64,000 nt of DNA from Octopus sinensis (GCF_006345805.1 NC_043006.1:21948001-22012000); one strand, 5' to 3'; counted from the stretch's first letter, positions 12,420 through 25,610 are shown. Numbers and translations: made by a program. The notes: generated from the sequence alone by a model not told the origin.

Positions 12420-14510
12420 CATTAGTGTGTTCATGTAACACAATAGAACACACTTGGTCGAAAATTAAGGATGCTTTTATTTCATCATTAGAAGAATGCG
12501 TAGGGTGTGTAAACAAAAAGAATAAGAAGTGGATATCGCAAGAGACACTAACAGCCATAGAAGTAAGAAAGAAGCTAAAGGAAAATTACTATCGGCAAAC
12601 TTAGAAGTAGAGATAAATAGATGTCAGGGAAATTACAACCAAACAAAATAAGAAAGTTAAAAAACAATTATGAAGAGAAGCGAAATATTTCGAAAATATT
12701 TCGAAAATTTAGCAACGACAGCAGAAAGTGCAGCTTAACGCCAGAACACGAAAGAGCTGTACAACACAACTAAATTACTATCCGAGAAGAGAGTAAGAGT
12801 AGAAAAGGCAGTAAAAGGGAAGGATGGCCGGATGCTAAGATCAATTCTAGAACAAAAAAAAAAAATTGATGGAAGGAGAATTTTGAAGATTTGTTCAATA
12901 GACTACCTCCAGACACAATAGCCAACATTGTGCCAAGAAATTTTGGATCCTAACATCAGCCTTGACCCACCGTCCAATTTGAAATAAGAAAGGCTATACA
13001 ATCCCTCAAGAATGGGAAAGCGGGAGGTGTAGACAACATTCCAGCTGAAGAAATGAAATCAGCTATAGAAACAGCGGTAGAAATGCTTCATCCATTATTT
13101 TCTAAGATATGGCAGGAAGAAAATATGCCTAATGATTGGAAAGAGGGACTCATCGTAAAATTGCAAAAAAAAAAAAAAAAGGTGATTTAAGCGTTTGCGG
13201 AAATTATAGAGGGATTATGCTATTATCGACTCCCGGAAAAGTTTTTAACAGGATCATTTTAGAGCGGATGGGGACGGCAGTTGACAAATTGTTGCGTAAA
13301 GAACAAGCCGGATTTAGGAAGAATCGTTCATGTGTAGATCAAATCGCCACTCTTCGCACCATCTTAGAGCAAAGCGCAGAGTGGAATGCACCACTTGATG
13401 TTATCTTTGTTGATTTCGAAAAAGCATTTGATAGTGTGGATGGGGAAGACTTATAGAAAATTAAGCAGCACCACGGCATACCAGACAAGTATATATCTAT
13501 AATAAGAGCAACTTACCAAAGAATGTCATGCCGAGTCTTGCATGGAAACGGAGCTACGGATAAATTCGAAGTAAAAACAGGAGTTCGACAGGGCTGTATA
13601 CTTTCTCCCTTTTTATTTCTACTAGTCATAGATTGGATTATGAAGGAAACTACGATTGAAAGCCAAACAGGCATTGAATGGATGGATGCAGAAGCCCTAG
13701 AAGATCTCGACTTTGCAGATGATATAGCGCTTTCACAAACATATAGTCAAATGCAAAACAAAACGTCAAAATTAGAAGCAATAGCTGCAAAAATAGGATT
13801 GAAAGTCAACCGCGACAAATCAAAAATTATACGCGTTAATGAAGAAAATAGCGAACGTATTAAACTAGAAACCAGTGAACTTAGAGGATGTAGCCGAGTT
13901 TACGTATTTAGGTAGTAAGATAACGTTTTCAGGCGGCACCGACGAAGATATTAAGACGAGAATAAGTAAGGCAAGGACCGCTTTCCACCTGTTAAAAAAA
14001 AAAAAAGATGGAGCGCAAGTGTAATTTCAATAAAGAACAAAATAAGAATTTTTAACACAAGCGTAAAAGCGGTGTTATTGTATGGGGCTGCGACATGGCG
14101 AACAACAGTTAAGTCAAATAAGCAAATACAATCATTCATCAACAGATGCTTGTGTAGTATACTTAGAATTAGATGACCCGAACACATAAGCAATATGGGG
14201 TTATGGCAAAGAACAAAGCATGTTTTAATTAGGGAGCAAATATTTAAGAAAAAGGTGGAAGTGGATTGGTAACACAATTAAGAAAAGACACACCAAATGT
14301 AGCGAAAAGTGCTTTACAGTGGAATCCGAATGGATATAGAAAGAGAGGTAGGCCTAAGAACTCGTGGCGTAGATCAACACAAAAGGAACTAGAGAAAGGT
14401 GGACATTCGTAGCAGAGTATAAGTGCAGAAGCGAAAAATTATGCAACATGGAATTCAATTATAAGTGGCCTATACTCCGCGTTGGAGGGCGAAAGGCAGG
14501 GGAAAAAAAA
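12420..14510 (+). mobile_element. 5'-truncated, frameshifted RTE-clade LINE (reverse transcriptase)
   Basis: LKNGKAGGVDNIPAE, CGNYRGIMLLS, QAGFRKNRSC, FVDFEKAFDSV, GVRQGCILSPFLF, DLDFADDIAL, WNPNG.RKRGRPKNSWRR across broken frames. Confidence 0.93.
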
Positions 14511-14518
14511 CATATATA

Positions 14519-14667
14519 GGCACAGGTGTGGCTGTGTGGTGTTAAGTTTGCTTCCCAACCACATGGCTCCGGGTTCAGTGACACTGCCTGACACCTTGGA
14601 CGAATGTCTTCTACTATAGCTGGCTTGTGAGTGGATCTGGTAGATGGAAACTGAAAGAAGCCCGTCG
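14519..14667 (+). mobile_element. SINE family B, 5' part
   Basis: Head through GAAAGAAGCCCGTCG. Confidence 0.7.
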
Positions 14668-14681
14668 TTGATATATATATA

Positions 14682-14719
<38 letters not shown>

Positions 14720-14749
14720 ATATATATTATTGTATGTATGTATATATAT

Positions 14750-14796
<47 letters not shown>

Positions 14797-14800
<4 letters not shown>

Positions 14801-15060
14801 TGGTTGTATACTGTCAACTTAACGTGACAGTCCCGTATGGGAATTACACCGCCGCTGTTTAGCCCTAGGAAGCATCGAACGCTTCCTGTTGGCTTTGACA
14901 CATTTCCTGTGTCCCTATATTTGTGAAGGGGACACAATATAAGGACACAGGAAATGCGTCAAAGCCGACAAGAAGCGTTCGATGTTTCCTAGGGCTAAAC
15001 AGCGGTGGTGTAATTCCCATACGGGACTGTCACGTTAAGTTGACAGTATACAACCACTCT
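14797..15060. repeat. Inverted repeat, ~124-bp arms
   Basis: AGAGTGGTTGTATACTGTCAAC... / ...GTTGACAGTATACAACCACTCT with few mismatches. Confidence 0.9.
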
Positions 15061-15123
15061 ATCGCTCCACCACCGCTCATGTCTCTTTGAGACATTTAAA
15101 AATTAATATTTCGACTATATACT

Positions 15124-15167
<44 letters not shown>

Positions 15168-15397
15168 TTATATATATATATTATGTATGTATATACATAC
15201 ATACATTATGGCTGCTCCCTCGTTATCGAGTATGGCCATTGCACGAAGCTTAACTGTTGCTGGTGCTGTGATAGAATGTGACTTTTCAGCCCAGCTAAAG
15301 ATCTACAATGTCTTATACAGAATTGGCAACATGCATACATACATATATATACACACACACATATATATATGTACTATTTCATTTCAGTTTTCAGCCC

Positions 15398-15489
15398 GCC
15401 CGCATAGCTCAGTCGGTAGAGCATCAGACTTTTATAGGTCAACCTTAGAAGTAATCTGAGGGTCGCGGGTTCAAGTCCCTCTGCGGGCG
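15398..15489 (+). tRNA. tRNA-Lys-TTT: tRNA-Lys(UUU) with 19-nt intron (TAGGTCAACCTTAGAAGTA)
   Basis: GCCCGCATAGCTCAGTCGGTAGAGCATCAGACTTTTA|intron|ATCTGAGGGTCGCGGGTTCAAGTCCCTCTGCGGGCG; removing the intron gives a 73-nt cloverleaf; A/B boxes intact; T8 downstream. Confidence 0.95.
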
Positions 15490-15541
15490 TAAGGTAATTT
15501 TTTTAAATACCAGCCGACCATAGTTCTGAGATAAAAACGTC

Positions 15542-15588
<47 letters not shown>

Positions 15589-15849
15589 AAACACTTTATT
15601 TTTACCAACTGATCATAGTTCTGAGATACAAATGTTTTGTTTTATATATATATGTTAGAAGTATTGGGGGTGATGTACAGATTTAATATATATGAAAGAA
15701 ACTACAGGAGTAGTTGAAGAAATATGTGATATGTAAATAAATATATATTTTTTACAACCATCCAGCATTCTGAACACATTTTTCTTTCATATATATATAA
15801 AACCAGACTTTTGTATCTCGGTCAGTTGGTATTAAAAAAAAAATCCATA

Positions 15850-15941
15850 CGCCCGCAGAGGGACTTGAACCCGCGACCCTCAGATTACTTCTAAGGCTGA
15901 CCTATAAAAGTCTGATGCTCTACCGACTGAGCTATGCGGGC
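15850..15941 (-). tRNA. tRNA-Lys-TTT: tRNA-Lys(UUU) with 19-nt intron (TAGGTCAGCCTTAGAAGTA)
   Basis: Intact exons, convergent with the 15398 copy, oligo-T terminator. Confidence 0.95.
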
Positions 15942-16226
15942 GGGCTGAAACTGAATGCTGAAATACCATTGCAGTAACGTATTTTTCAACTCAATCAGTC
16001 GAAGTTTTTCAACCTTCTATCATTACATACGTGAGATCCTACCATTATTCTCAATATTAAAAAGAAGAAACGAATTGCTTTGTGACTGAACGAGATAAGA
16101 ATCCTCATTGCAGTTAGATCTGGTGATATAATCTATAATAAAAGGCGTTCCAGCCACGATCCTCAGGTTTTCTTCGGTAGTATTTCGATTTATAATTACA
16201 AAATTTAAGTGGAAATCATGATAAAT

Positions 16227-16607
16227 CAGAGGTCCTCAACATGGGTGGTACCGCCCCCAAGGAGGCGCTGGGCGTGTCGAAAGGAGCGTTAGGCTTTAGG
16301 GGGCTGTGAGGTAACATAGTTAACGAACTAATTTTTACCTAAAGTAGTAATTATATTATACATGTTAAAACTAGTAATGGGTATTAAAATACAAATGAGA
16401 TCTCATCAGGCACTGGGAAGCCATTAACTTGTTAAGTATATAAAGTAAATTTACAACTTCTGTCTTTATTAATTTGTTACCATTTCATTGTTAAAACCTT
16501 ATACAATCCACTTTTAGAGTAAAATTGATAAATGATCATCCATCTTAAGTCTAGTCGAGGGGGCGTTACAAAAAAAGAAAAAGGAAAGAAAGTGTTAAAA
16601 ACCACTG
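16227..16607. mobile_element. hAT-like MITE (decayed)
   Basis: CAGAGGTCCTCAAC ... GTTAAAAACCACTG termini; TSD not recognisable. Confidence 0.45.
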
Positions 16608-16886
16608 TTGTCAGTTATCAGCAACTTTTTTTTTTAATCAAGATCGAACCTGCATTTCAATTATTGAAAACAAGGTAAGTCAAGGATATTTCTCGGTGTT
16701 AGAAAAAAAAAAAAGAAAAACCCAGTTAATACAATAAATAGAAATAAAGCGATCGGATGGTTATTCAACAACACTACGAGGGGAGACATTACTATCACTT
16801 CAAATTTCTCATCATGAAAAAAAAAAATACACCTGTTTTTGAAGTTTTGTTCTTTTATATGTAGTATTTCAGCTTATTTTCAGCCC

Positions 16887-16978
16887 GCCCGCATAGCTCA
16901 GTCGGTAGAGCATCAGACTTTTATAGGCAAACCTTAGAAGTAATCTGAGGGTCGCGGGTTCAAGTCCCTCTGTGGGCG
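16887..16978 (+). tRNA. tRNA-Lys-TTT: tRNA-Lys(UUU) with 19-nt intron (TAGGCAAACCTTAGAAGTA)
   Basis: Intact cloverleaf with G5-U68 wobble; T8 downstream. Confidence 0.93.
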
Positions 16979-18007
16979 AAAGGCAATTTTTTTTAATACC
17001 AACGGACCATAGTTCTGAGATACAAACGTCTTGTTTTTAAGCGATTTAAATCGAAACTTTCCGTCAAAATTTAATGTAAGGTTTATATTTTGAAACACCA
17101 AATTAATAATGACGAAGATATTTTTTTATTCAATTATTCATGATTCTCGAATTAATTGAAACAAAAGCAGTATTTATTAATAGAAATATAGTAAAGTGTG
17201 AGGTTTAAGTGAAACGTAGCTAAACGTTTATTTAAATCAGTCGACCAAAATAGAAGTTACCCTCTTGACACGTGTGTCAGAAATGTAGCCACCACTATCA
17301 TGTTTTTTCATTTACCGTTGGGTAAGCTAATCTAATTAATTGGAGTCATCAATCTTCTATTGCTTTTGTGTGGTCCCAAACACAGTCCTGATCTAACACG
17401 TGTAAGATGAGAGATATTGAAATAAAACACGGTGATACCGTCTTATTTTCATGAATGGTAGGTCGACTTTGCCTTTCATCGTTTCGGGGTCGATAAATTA
17501 AGTACTAGTTACGCACTGGGGTCAATAAAATCGACGTAATCCATTTGTCTGTCCTCTCTGTGTTTAGCCCCTTGTGGGTAGTAAAGAAATAGGTATACTC
17601 CAGCTATCATCATCTTCTATCTTATGTGTTGTTTTTAAGAGTGCAGAGTATAGTTTCATTGATATTTAGCTGCTATTTCTAAAAGTTGAAGCCACCACGT
17701 TGAGTTTCCCACGCTCGTCAACCCACGTCTTTCGTGCACTCACAGCAACAATTTCACTAAATTTTACTTTATTGAAATCTATACTTTAAAGTATTAATTA
17801 ACAGGAATAAAAAAAGAAAGTATTCATCTTCCTAAAAAATTATTACACGTCGTATCTAAATAAAAAACGAACGTTATATCGTGTATAAAATACTGCTGTC
17901 ATAAACTAGCCTGAAGTAATCAGCTGTCTCACTTACAACACATGTGAAACACAATCTAGACTTTCAGCTCTCGCTTTATACTCAATATATTGACCTAGAA
18001 GCATCCC

Positions 18008-18097
18008 GCCCGCATAGCTCAGTCGGTAGAGCATCAGACTTTTATGTTAACCTTAGAGGCAATCTGAGGGTCGCGGGTTCGAGTCCCTCTGCGGGCG
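18008..18097 (+). tRNA. tRNA-Lys-TTT: tRNA-Lys(UUU) with 17-nt intron (TGTTAACCTTAGAGGCA)
   Basis: Intact exons, divergent shorter intron, long T run downstream. Confidence 0.94.
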
Positions 18098-18277
18098 CAT
18101 GATTTTTTTTTTTTTCATTTTCTTGAATTAGTTTGTTTATTTGTTAGTTTTAGTATCGTCTCGAGTTTTACACCGAGTAGATAGATATGTTTTTCTGTTT
18201 TTTAAATTTTTTCTTAAAGTGTACGTGCATTGTCTCTGTTTCTGAAACGAGAGACTGTATTTGTTGCGTAACTTCGG

Positions 18278-18330
18278 TATAGGTACCAGAAGTAATCTGA
18301 GGGTCGCGGGTTCAAGTCCCTCTGTGGGCG
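18278..18330 (+). pseudogene. tRNA-Lys 3' half (part of intron + 3' exon)
   Basis: AGAAGTAATCTGAGGGTCGCGGGTTCAAGTCCCTCTGTGGGCG with no 5' exon upstream. Confidence 0.85.
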
Positions 18331-18979
18331 TAAGGTATTACGATAATGTACCGGATACATTTCAAGAAAGTGTTTTTTTTATATATATGGGGGAGGGGTT
18401 AGGGTTAGGGTTAGGGGTGGGAGAAAAGGGTTTCTGTCATCGTCAGAAATGTAAACAAGCCACTTACGGTACATAAGGGTGTTGCTGAAGAAATCGACCC
18501 CAGTGTTAATTATTTTGGTATGTCTACATAAGTGTTACTCCGCCGACTTTGTTTCCTCATAACTTTCAGTAAAACAGATATTTTTCAATGAAATTTTCTA
18601 CAAATACGCTTTACATTGTTTACATTCCGATTATATCGGAATTTGAGGTTAAAAAAAAAAACACGAAAAAAAAAACTTTTTCCGAGGGTTGGGGGTGAAG
18701 AGTTACGGAAAATTCACATGAGTCAACTTAAGTTTTTCGATTATAAACACACGCATCGCCCGGTCTGAGATTCGAATCCGCGATTCTCGACCGCGAGTCC
18801 GCTGCTGTAGCCACTAGGCCATGTGCCTCCACAGAAACATGAATCAGCTTTGTTTTCTTACATCTTTCAGAAAAAAAAGGTATTTCTTTTTATGAAAATT
18901 TATACGAATACCTTTCAGAGTGTAAATTACGATTATATTCAAAAGAAAATTGCTGAACTCAGAAACATACATTGTTTGT

Positions 18980-19272
18980 TCCTTCTCAAGCCATGCCTGG
19001 TTCATAAGGGCCGGTTTCCCGGTTTCCTTGGTGTATAGCTTCCCCACCTGGGCGGGACGCCGGTCCATCGCAGGTGAGCTGCATGATGCAGGAGGAAAGA
19101 GTGAGAGAAAGATGTAGCGAAAGAGTCTGCAGAAGTTCGCAATTATCTTCTGCCAGAGCCGCGTGGAGTTTAAGTTTTTCGCTCATAAACACACACATCG
19201 CCCGGTCTGAGATTCGAACCCGCGATTCTCGACCGCGAGTCCGCTGCTCTAGCCAATAGGCTATGTGCCTCC
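18980..19272 (-). mobile_element. tRNA-derived SINE (family A-like head); extra head at 18727-18831
   Basis: Head GGAGGCACATAGCCTATTGGCTAGAGCAGCGGACTCGCGGTCG..GGTTCGAATC. Confidence 0.75.
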
Positions 19273-19911
19273 AGAGAAACATACATTCCGGTATACATAG
19301 CAGTATTTCGTCTGCCGTTACGTAGACGTTAGCACGCCGGGCGAAATGCTTAGCAGTATTTCGTCTGCCGTTACGTTCTGAGTTCAAATTCCGTCGAGGT
19401 CGACTTTGCCTTTCATCCTTTCGGGATCGATTAAATAAGTACCAGTTACGCACTGGAGTCGATCTAATCGATTTAATACCTATGTCTGTCCTTGTTTGTC
19501 CCCTCCATGTTTAGCCCCTTGTGGGTAATAAAAAATAAGTATACATAACAGTTTCTTTCGAAATTACAAGTTCCATTTTGTAAGCGTATTTTGCGAAGGA
19601 AAAAAAACTAGATCCGATATTTATGTGTCAGTATGTACGAGTAGGAGACCACCATTTATTTTTTTATCACATTAAATTCCGATATCATCATAATGAATAT
19701 ACTGTGAAAAGTATTAGTAGAAAATTTCATTAAAAATTACCCATTTTTCTGAACGTTATGAGGAAACAAAGTCGACCCGTGTGAATTTTCCGAAACTCCT
19801 CATCCCAGCCCAGGGAAAAGATTTTTCACTATAAGTTTCGTTACAATCAGAATCTACAACATCTGAGCGTATTTGTATGAAATTTCATTATAAAATATCA
19901 ATTTTCCTTGT

Positions 19912-20242
19912 AGGCGGCTTGAGTGGCTGTGTGGTATGTAGCTTGCTTACCAACCGCATGGTTACGGGGTCACCTTGGGCAAGTGTCTTCTACTATTGCC
20001 TCGGGCCGACCAAACTGAAAGAAGCCCGTCGTATACGTATATATATGTTTGTGTGTCTGTTGTGTTTGCCCCCCCCCCCCACAACAACGCTTGACAACCG
20101 ATGCTGGTATGTTTACGTCCCCGTAACTTGGCGGTTCGGCAAAAGCGACCGATAGAATAAGTACTAGGCTTACAAAGAATAAGTCTTGGGAGTCGATTTG
20201 CTCCAGCATGGCCACAGTCACATGACTGAAACAAGTAAAAGA
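19912..20242 (+). mobile_element. SINE family B with internal deletions
   Basis: Match to the family. Confidence 0.8.
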
Positions 20243-20769
20243 GTTATGAGGCAACAAAGTCACACTTTGTGTAGTCATGCCATTATTTTTTTTCAAGTCT
20301 GCTACTTTTTCTGTCGGTCTTTCATGCCGAACCGCTACGTTACGAGAGCATAAAGAAACCAATACTGGTTGTCAAGCGGTGGCGGGAGCACAAACACACA
20401 AACACGCACATAAACACACACGTGCACATACGCGCGCGCACGCATTATTTCATCTGGTTGTTAGCCCTGGTGTTTACCCTGTTCAGTTCATCCCTCAGTC
20501 AAACCCTCTCTGTAGCTGGTCTTCTCTTGGAAGAGCCCTGCTTCTCGCATGGGCAACTGTATGTTGGCTGTTCAAGAGTAGGAACCAAAAGAAACCTTTT
20601 TTGTATATGCTCCACAAGGAAAAACAAGGAACATTGTTTACAACGAGGTGTTATAATCTCAACAGCCAGGAGGTATATACATGATCCCCTTTTTTTTTAA
20701 CAAACTTCACGTACTTTCATGTATTTATATTAATATACATCTGTGTGTATGTGTGTGTGTGTGTATGTA

Positions 20770-20842
20770 TCCATATATATATAACAGAAAAGTCTAACTC
20801 TTCAATTGAATGTAACCGGGCAACGCCGGGTATCTCTGCTAG
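20770..20842 (+). mobile_element. 73-bp mini-Helitron
   Basis: A|TCCATATATATA...CCGGGCAACGCCGGG-TATCTCTG-CTAG|T. Confidence 0.6.
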
Positions 20843-20862
20843 TATATATTTTCTTTCTTTTT

Positions 20863-21273
20863 CTTTTTACTTGTTTCAGTCATTTTGACAGCGGCCATGC
20901 TGGAGCACCGCCTTTAGTCGAGCAAATCGATCCCGGGACTTATTCTTTGTAAGCCTAGTACTTATTCTATCGGTCTCTTTTGCCGAACCGCTAAGTGACG
21001 GGGACGTAAACACACCAGCATCGGTTGTCAAGCAATGCTAGAGGGACAAACATATACACACACATATATATATATATATATACACACACACATATATATA
21101 TATACATATATACGACAGGCTTCTTTCAGTTTCCGTCTACCAAATCCACTCACAAGGCTTTGGTCGGCCCGAGGCTATAGCAGAAGATACTTGCCCAAGA
21201 TGCCACGCAGTGGGGCTGAACCCGGAACCATGTGGTTGGCTAGCAAGCAACTTACCACACAGCCACTCCTGCG

Positions 21274-21275
<2 letters not shown>
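20863..21275 (-). mobile_element. SINE family B
   Basis: Full-length match. Confidence 0.85.
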
Positions 21276-21315
<40 letters not shown>

Positions 21316-21319
21316 TATA

Positions 21320-21429
<110 letters not shown>

Positions 21430-21608
21430 GTATATTAATAGACTCGGATGTATATAGCCTCTCATTTCAAAAAACATAAACAATGTACATACGATGAAAA
21501 AAAGTTAATAAACGGAATTGAATGAATTCTTCAGTCGAAATTATAGCCTCACGGAAGAGATAAACGACTCAATAAAGTAAAAACAATAGTCAAAGCAAAA
21601 ATAGTTTA

Positions 21609-21700
21609 CGCCCGCAGAGGGACTCGAACCCGCGACCCTCAGATTACTTCTAAGGTTGACCTATAAAAGTCTGATGCTCTACCGACTGAGCTATGCGGGC
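21609..21700 (-). tRNA. tRNA-Lys-TTT: tRNA-Lys(UUU) with 19-nt intron
   Basis: Consensus exons and consensus intron; flanks are an inverted copy of those of the 25329 gene. Confidence 0.95.
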
Positions 21701-21844
21701 GGACATTTAGTAATTTCTCATATTATCTATAAAAGCGAAGTTGATAAAACGATTCTTTTTGTATAGTAGTGTGATGACAATTCATTGAGCGTCTATTATT
21801 TCTGCCAAGCTCAAGTACAGATACATCTATGTATATATTATATT

Positions 21845-22465
21845 ATATTATATTATATTAAATTAGAGATAAAACCACTATTAGGCAAATCAAACAATGA
21901 AAAACATAAGCCAATACATAAAATTAATTTAAAAATATAAAATAAAAAATTATTTAAATAATTTAAACTTATAAATTTTATATATATATACACACACATA
22001 TATATGTATATATATATTTGTATATATATATAAAATTTATAAGTTTAAATTATATATAAGTATATTTAAGTATATATTTATATTTATATATTATTTTATT
22101 TATTAATTTATTAATTAATTAATTAATTAATTTTTTTTTATAAATATATATCAAAAATATTAAAAGTTTAATAAAAGATATCTTTTATAAACTTTAATAT
22201 TTTTGATATATATTTATATAAAAAATAAATAAAATAATAATTAATAATTAAAATAATATATAATATAAAAATATAAATACATATACTACATACATACATA
22301 CATATATATATATATTGTATATATATATAAAATTTATAAGTTTAAATTATTTAAATAATTTTTTATTTTTGACTTTTATATTTTAAAATTAATTTTATGT
22401 ATTGGCTTATGTTTTTCACTGTTTGATTTGCCTAATAGTGGTTTTATCTCTAATTAATATAATAT
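21845..22465. repeat. AT-rich foldback element
   Basis: TTAGAGATAAAACCACTATTAGGCAAATCAAACA... and its reverse complement at 22380-22455. Confidence 0.85.
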
Positions 22466-22564
22466 ATATAATATATTTATACAATAAAATTGGATTTAAT
22501 CCTAAATCTAATTTTTCCCTGTAAGTTTGGATTTATTCCCTAATATTATTATTATTATTATATA

Positions 22565-22936
22565 CTAGCAGTATCGCCCGGCGTTGCTCAGTTTGTAAGG
22601 AAATAACTATAAAGCATTTTTAGAGAGTTATAGCCAAAAAATAGCAAAAAAATGGGAAAAAAATGATGGTAAATTTTTTTGAGAGTTAAAAATGGATTGC
22701 GTCCCCTAGACGGTCTGTGGTTTGGGTTCTGATTCTCGACCCCATGTCGAATTTATCGATTTTTTCAGAACCGGGGAACTTTTCAAATTTTCGCTGCGTT
22801 AGTTTGAATTATGACATTGGGCTATGTGTGTGTCAAGTTTCATCAGAATCGGTTGAAAGCCGTGGTCAGAGTGAGGGTACGAGAAAACAGACACACAGAA
22901 AACGCACAGACAAACTGCCGTTTATATAGAGAGGGA
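22565..22936 (-). mobile_element. Non-autonomous Helitron, second subfamily
   Basis: Same 3' end as 11698-12081, different interior; matches 39193-39577. Confidence 0.8.
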
Positions 22937-22984
22937 TATATATATATAAGTGAAATGACCGAAAGTTATATGTTTGCGTGTCTC

Positions 22985-24085
22985 ATTTAGAGGTTATGCA
23001 GGGTTCAACAAATGTTCCAAACAGTACCCAAGAGAATTTTCGAGGAAAACTTGCACTGGGACTGACGGCTACCCCATCTTCCGGCGGCGTGCTCCAGATT
23101 TTGACGGCCTAATAGTGAGTGTTACGAAGGAGGGGGGTAACATACGATGCTGACAACAGCTAGGTAATTCCTCATAGCCCTTTACTTTGCAAAATTTTTA
23201 ATGTTCACATCAACGTAGAATACTGCAGTTTTGTCAAAAGCATAAAATATATTTGCAAATATATTAACAAAGGCGAGGACATATCAGTAGTTGACCTCAG
23301 TGATCGTGAACAACAGACAGACGAAATTACTCAATGCAGCATGGGAAGGTATATTTCATCCAATATGGCAACTTGGCGTATTTTTGGATTTGAGATTCAC
23401 ATGACCTTTCCTCCAGCTTTCAACTTGGATGTTCACCTAGAGAATGGACACCGAGTTTATTTCACCAACGAAAGCGCCCATCTTGCTGTTCAACAGTCAT
23501 CAGAGACTACGCTTACAGCAATTTTTAAATTGTGCTCTGTCGATGAGTTTGTAGTTACCCTTTTCCACGCCGACGTACCACCCTATTTTACTTGGTTTCA
23601 GAACAAATGGAAACGGAGAATAAATGGAAAGCCAGTTGAGAATTGGCCAGGTGTTGTCAGAGGTGATACCATCGAACGTGTGTATAATGTTCATCCGAAG
23701 CACCAAGAATGCTTTCTTTTGCGAATTTTTCTTCATCGAATCACGGGACCAATGTCCTCTGCTGAACTTAGAACTTTCAACGACTCCATTTGCCCCACTT
23801 ACAGAGACGCTTGCGTGAAGCGCGGACTACTCCTAAACGATGACCATCTGAACTTGAAGTTGGCGGAAGCAGCAGAATGTCGAACGCCTCGAGAAATGCG
23901 TAGTTTGTTTTGCGGAATGTCACTGTACTGCAATGCCAGCGAGCCCCTTAATCTGTGTGAAATGCATAAAGACAGCATGTCAGAGGACATTTTCCGTAGA
24001 TTACGAGTAACGAACTACAACGACGAAGTATACAATGAGGCCTCACTGACATGGACAAACACGTCAGACGTTATGGAGTAGACGG
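22985..24085 (+). mobile_element. Helitron Rep/helicase gene fragment (disrupted)
   Basis: CSKQYP..DGYP..RRR, HINVEYC..KSIKYICKY.NKG.D, GRYISS..A.WRIFGF.IH, L.VHLENG, TTLTA.F.L, GP.S..ELRT..PTYRDAC..RGLL.ND motifs typical of RepHel. Confidence 0.9.
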
Positions 24086-24097
24086 TATATCTCAAAA

Positions 24098-24334
24098 AGG
24101 CGGCGAGTTGGCAGAAACGTTAGCACGCCAGGCGAAATGCTAAGCGGTATTTCGCCTGACGTTGCGCTCTGAGCTCAAATTCCGCCGAGGCCGACTTTGC
24201 CTTTCATCCTTTCGGGGTCGATTAAATAAGTACCAGTTACGCACTGGGGTCAATATAATCGACTTAATCCGGTTGTCTGTCCTTGTTCGTCCCCTCTGTG
24301 TTTAGCCCCTTGTGGGTAGTAAAGAAATAGGTAT
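24098..24334 (+). mobile_element. SINE family C (central GCCTTTCATCCTTTCGGGGTCGAT..AAGTACCAG, Nin-domain-like)
   Basis: tRNA-like head GGCGGCGAGTTGGCAGAAACG..GAGTTCAAATTCC; other copies at 17457-17596, 19320-19542, 47460-47594, 47800-47935, 48458-48694, 53615-53900 and 59120-59245(-). Confidence 0.8.
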
Positions 24335-24391
24335 ATCTCAAATTAACTGTAGTGAACAGGTAAAACATTCAATAAAACGAAAAAAAACATA

Positions 24392-24406
24392 CGCCCTCAG
24401 ATTACT
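24392..24406 (-). pseudogene. Internally deleted tRNA-Lys 3' remnant
   Basis: CGCCC+TCAGATTACT equals the 3' end joined to the anticodon-stem/intron end through CCC microhomology, with an A-run (terminator complement) alongside. Confidence 0.45.
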
Positions 24407-25328
24407 GCTAAATGTATGTTTGTATCCACATACCCACTTTATCTCAGTAGGAATAATATTGGAAAAGCATCGATTGAATTGGCGCTTGAGTTGTTCGAAA
24501 GTAATTTTGAATTCAACATTGTTGGATATTTGGAGCTTTCAGAGGTTTTGGTAACGCTGAAAGCAAGAGATGAAATATCTGGATAGTCGATCGATCTATA
24601 GTTAACAGCCGCAAAATCTCTCCAAATTCATACCGTAAAATGTTAATATAATAGGAACTTAACATCCATATTTCCCCAAAATTTCAGTTAATTGATTTTA
24701 AAGGCGTTAACTCCTTCCCTTGGCTATTAAAGATGCCAATCGCGCTTAAAGGAAAGTTTCGTTTCTCTGTCTTTTTTTCGTTTTTTAGTCCCTTTCAAGA
24801 TTTAGGTGTCGTCTGGTTACTGTATCGATAAGGTCAAGCTGCCATGTATATACTTCGTCGTTCATTCAAATTAAGAACTGTCGTTACCAGGTTTTCTATT
24901 TTCCAAGTTTAAATCACTTTATGTCATACAAAGCTAGCAAAGTTGAGCCGTTGCAGGAATTAATATCACCATCTGGTAGTTTGTGTTTCCACTCTTTTGC
25001 AAGAATTCGGGAACATCTCCAGTTTTCTCCACTTACAGTTTTCCACACTTTTGTCTTGAGCTCTCACAAGATCGTATGAAATCCTATGAGAGGTGATGGG
25101 TTCTGCTTTCCCTCAACACTAAATCGTTTTCGTTTCGAAATTGCTAACCTACCTAAGTGGTAAAACTAATCGGTGAAACATAAAATACACTTCGAGATTA
25201 TTACATATATGTGCTTCAGCTTGTCATAAACAATGGACGCTCAATGAATTGTCATCACATTGCAATACAAAAAGAAATGTTCTATTAACTTTGCTTATAT
25301 AGATAATATGAGAAACTACTAAATGTCC

Positions 25329-25420
25329 GCCCGCATAGCTCAGTCGGTAGAGCATCAGACTTTTATAGGTCTACCTTAGAAGTAATCTGAGGGTCGCGGG
25401 TTCGAGTCCCTCTGCGGGCG
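25329..25420 (+). tRNA. tRNA-Lys-TTT: tRNA-Lys(UUU) with 19-nt intron (TAGGTCTACCTTAGAAGTA)
   Basis: Intact exons, T5 downstream. Confidence 0.95.
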
Positions 25421-25610
25421 TAAACTATTTTTGCTTTGGATATTGTTTTTAATTTATTGAGTCGTTTATCTCTTCCGTGAGGCTATAATTTCGACTGAAG
25501 TCTTCTGAAGAATTCATTCAATTCTGTTTATTAACTTTTTTCATTGTATGTACATTGTTTATGTTTTTTGAAATGAGAGGCTATGTACATCCGGTCTACT
25601 ACGTTCCTAG

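Noticed and set aside
18397-18417. Telomere or chromosome-fusion relic
   Set aside because: Only about three TTAGGG units, inside a dispersed repeat.
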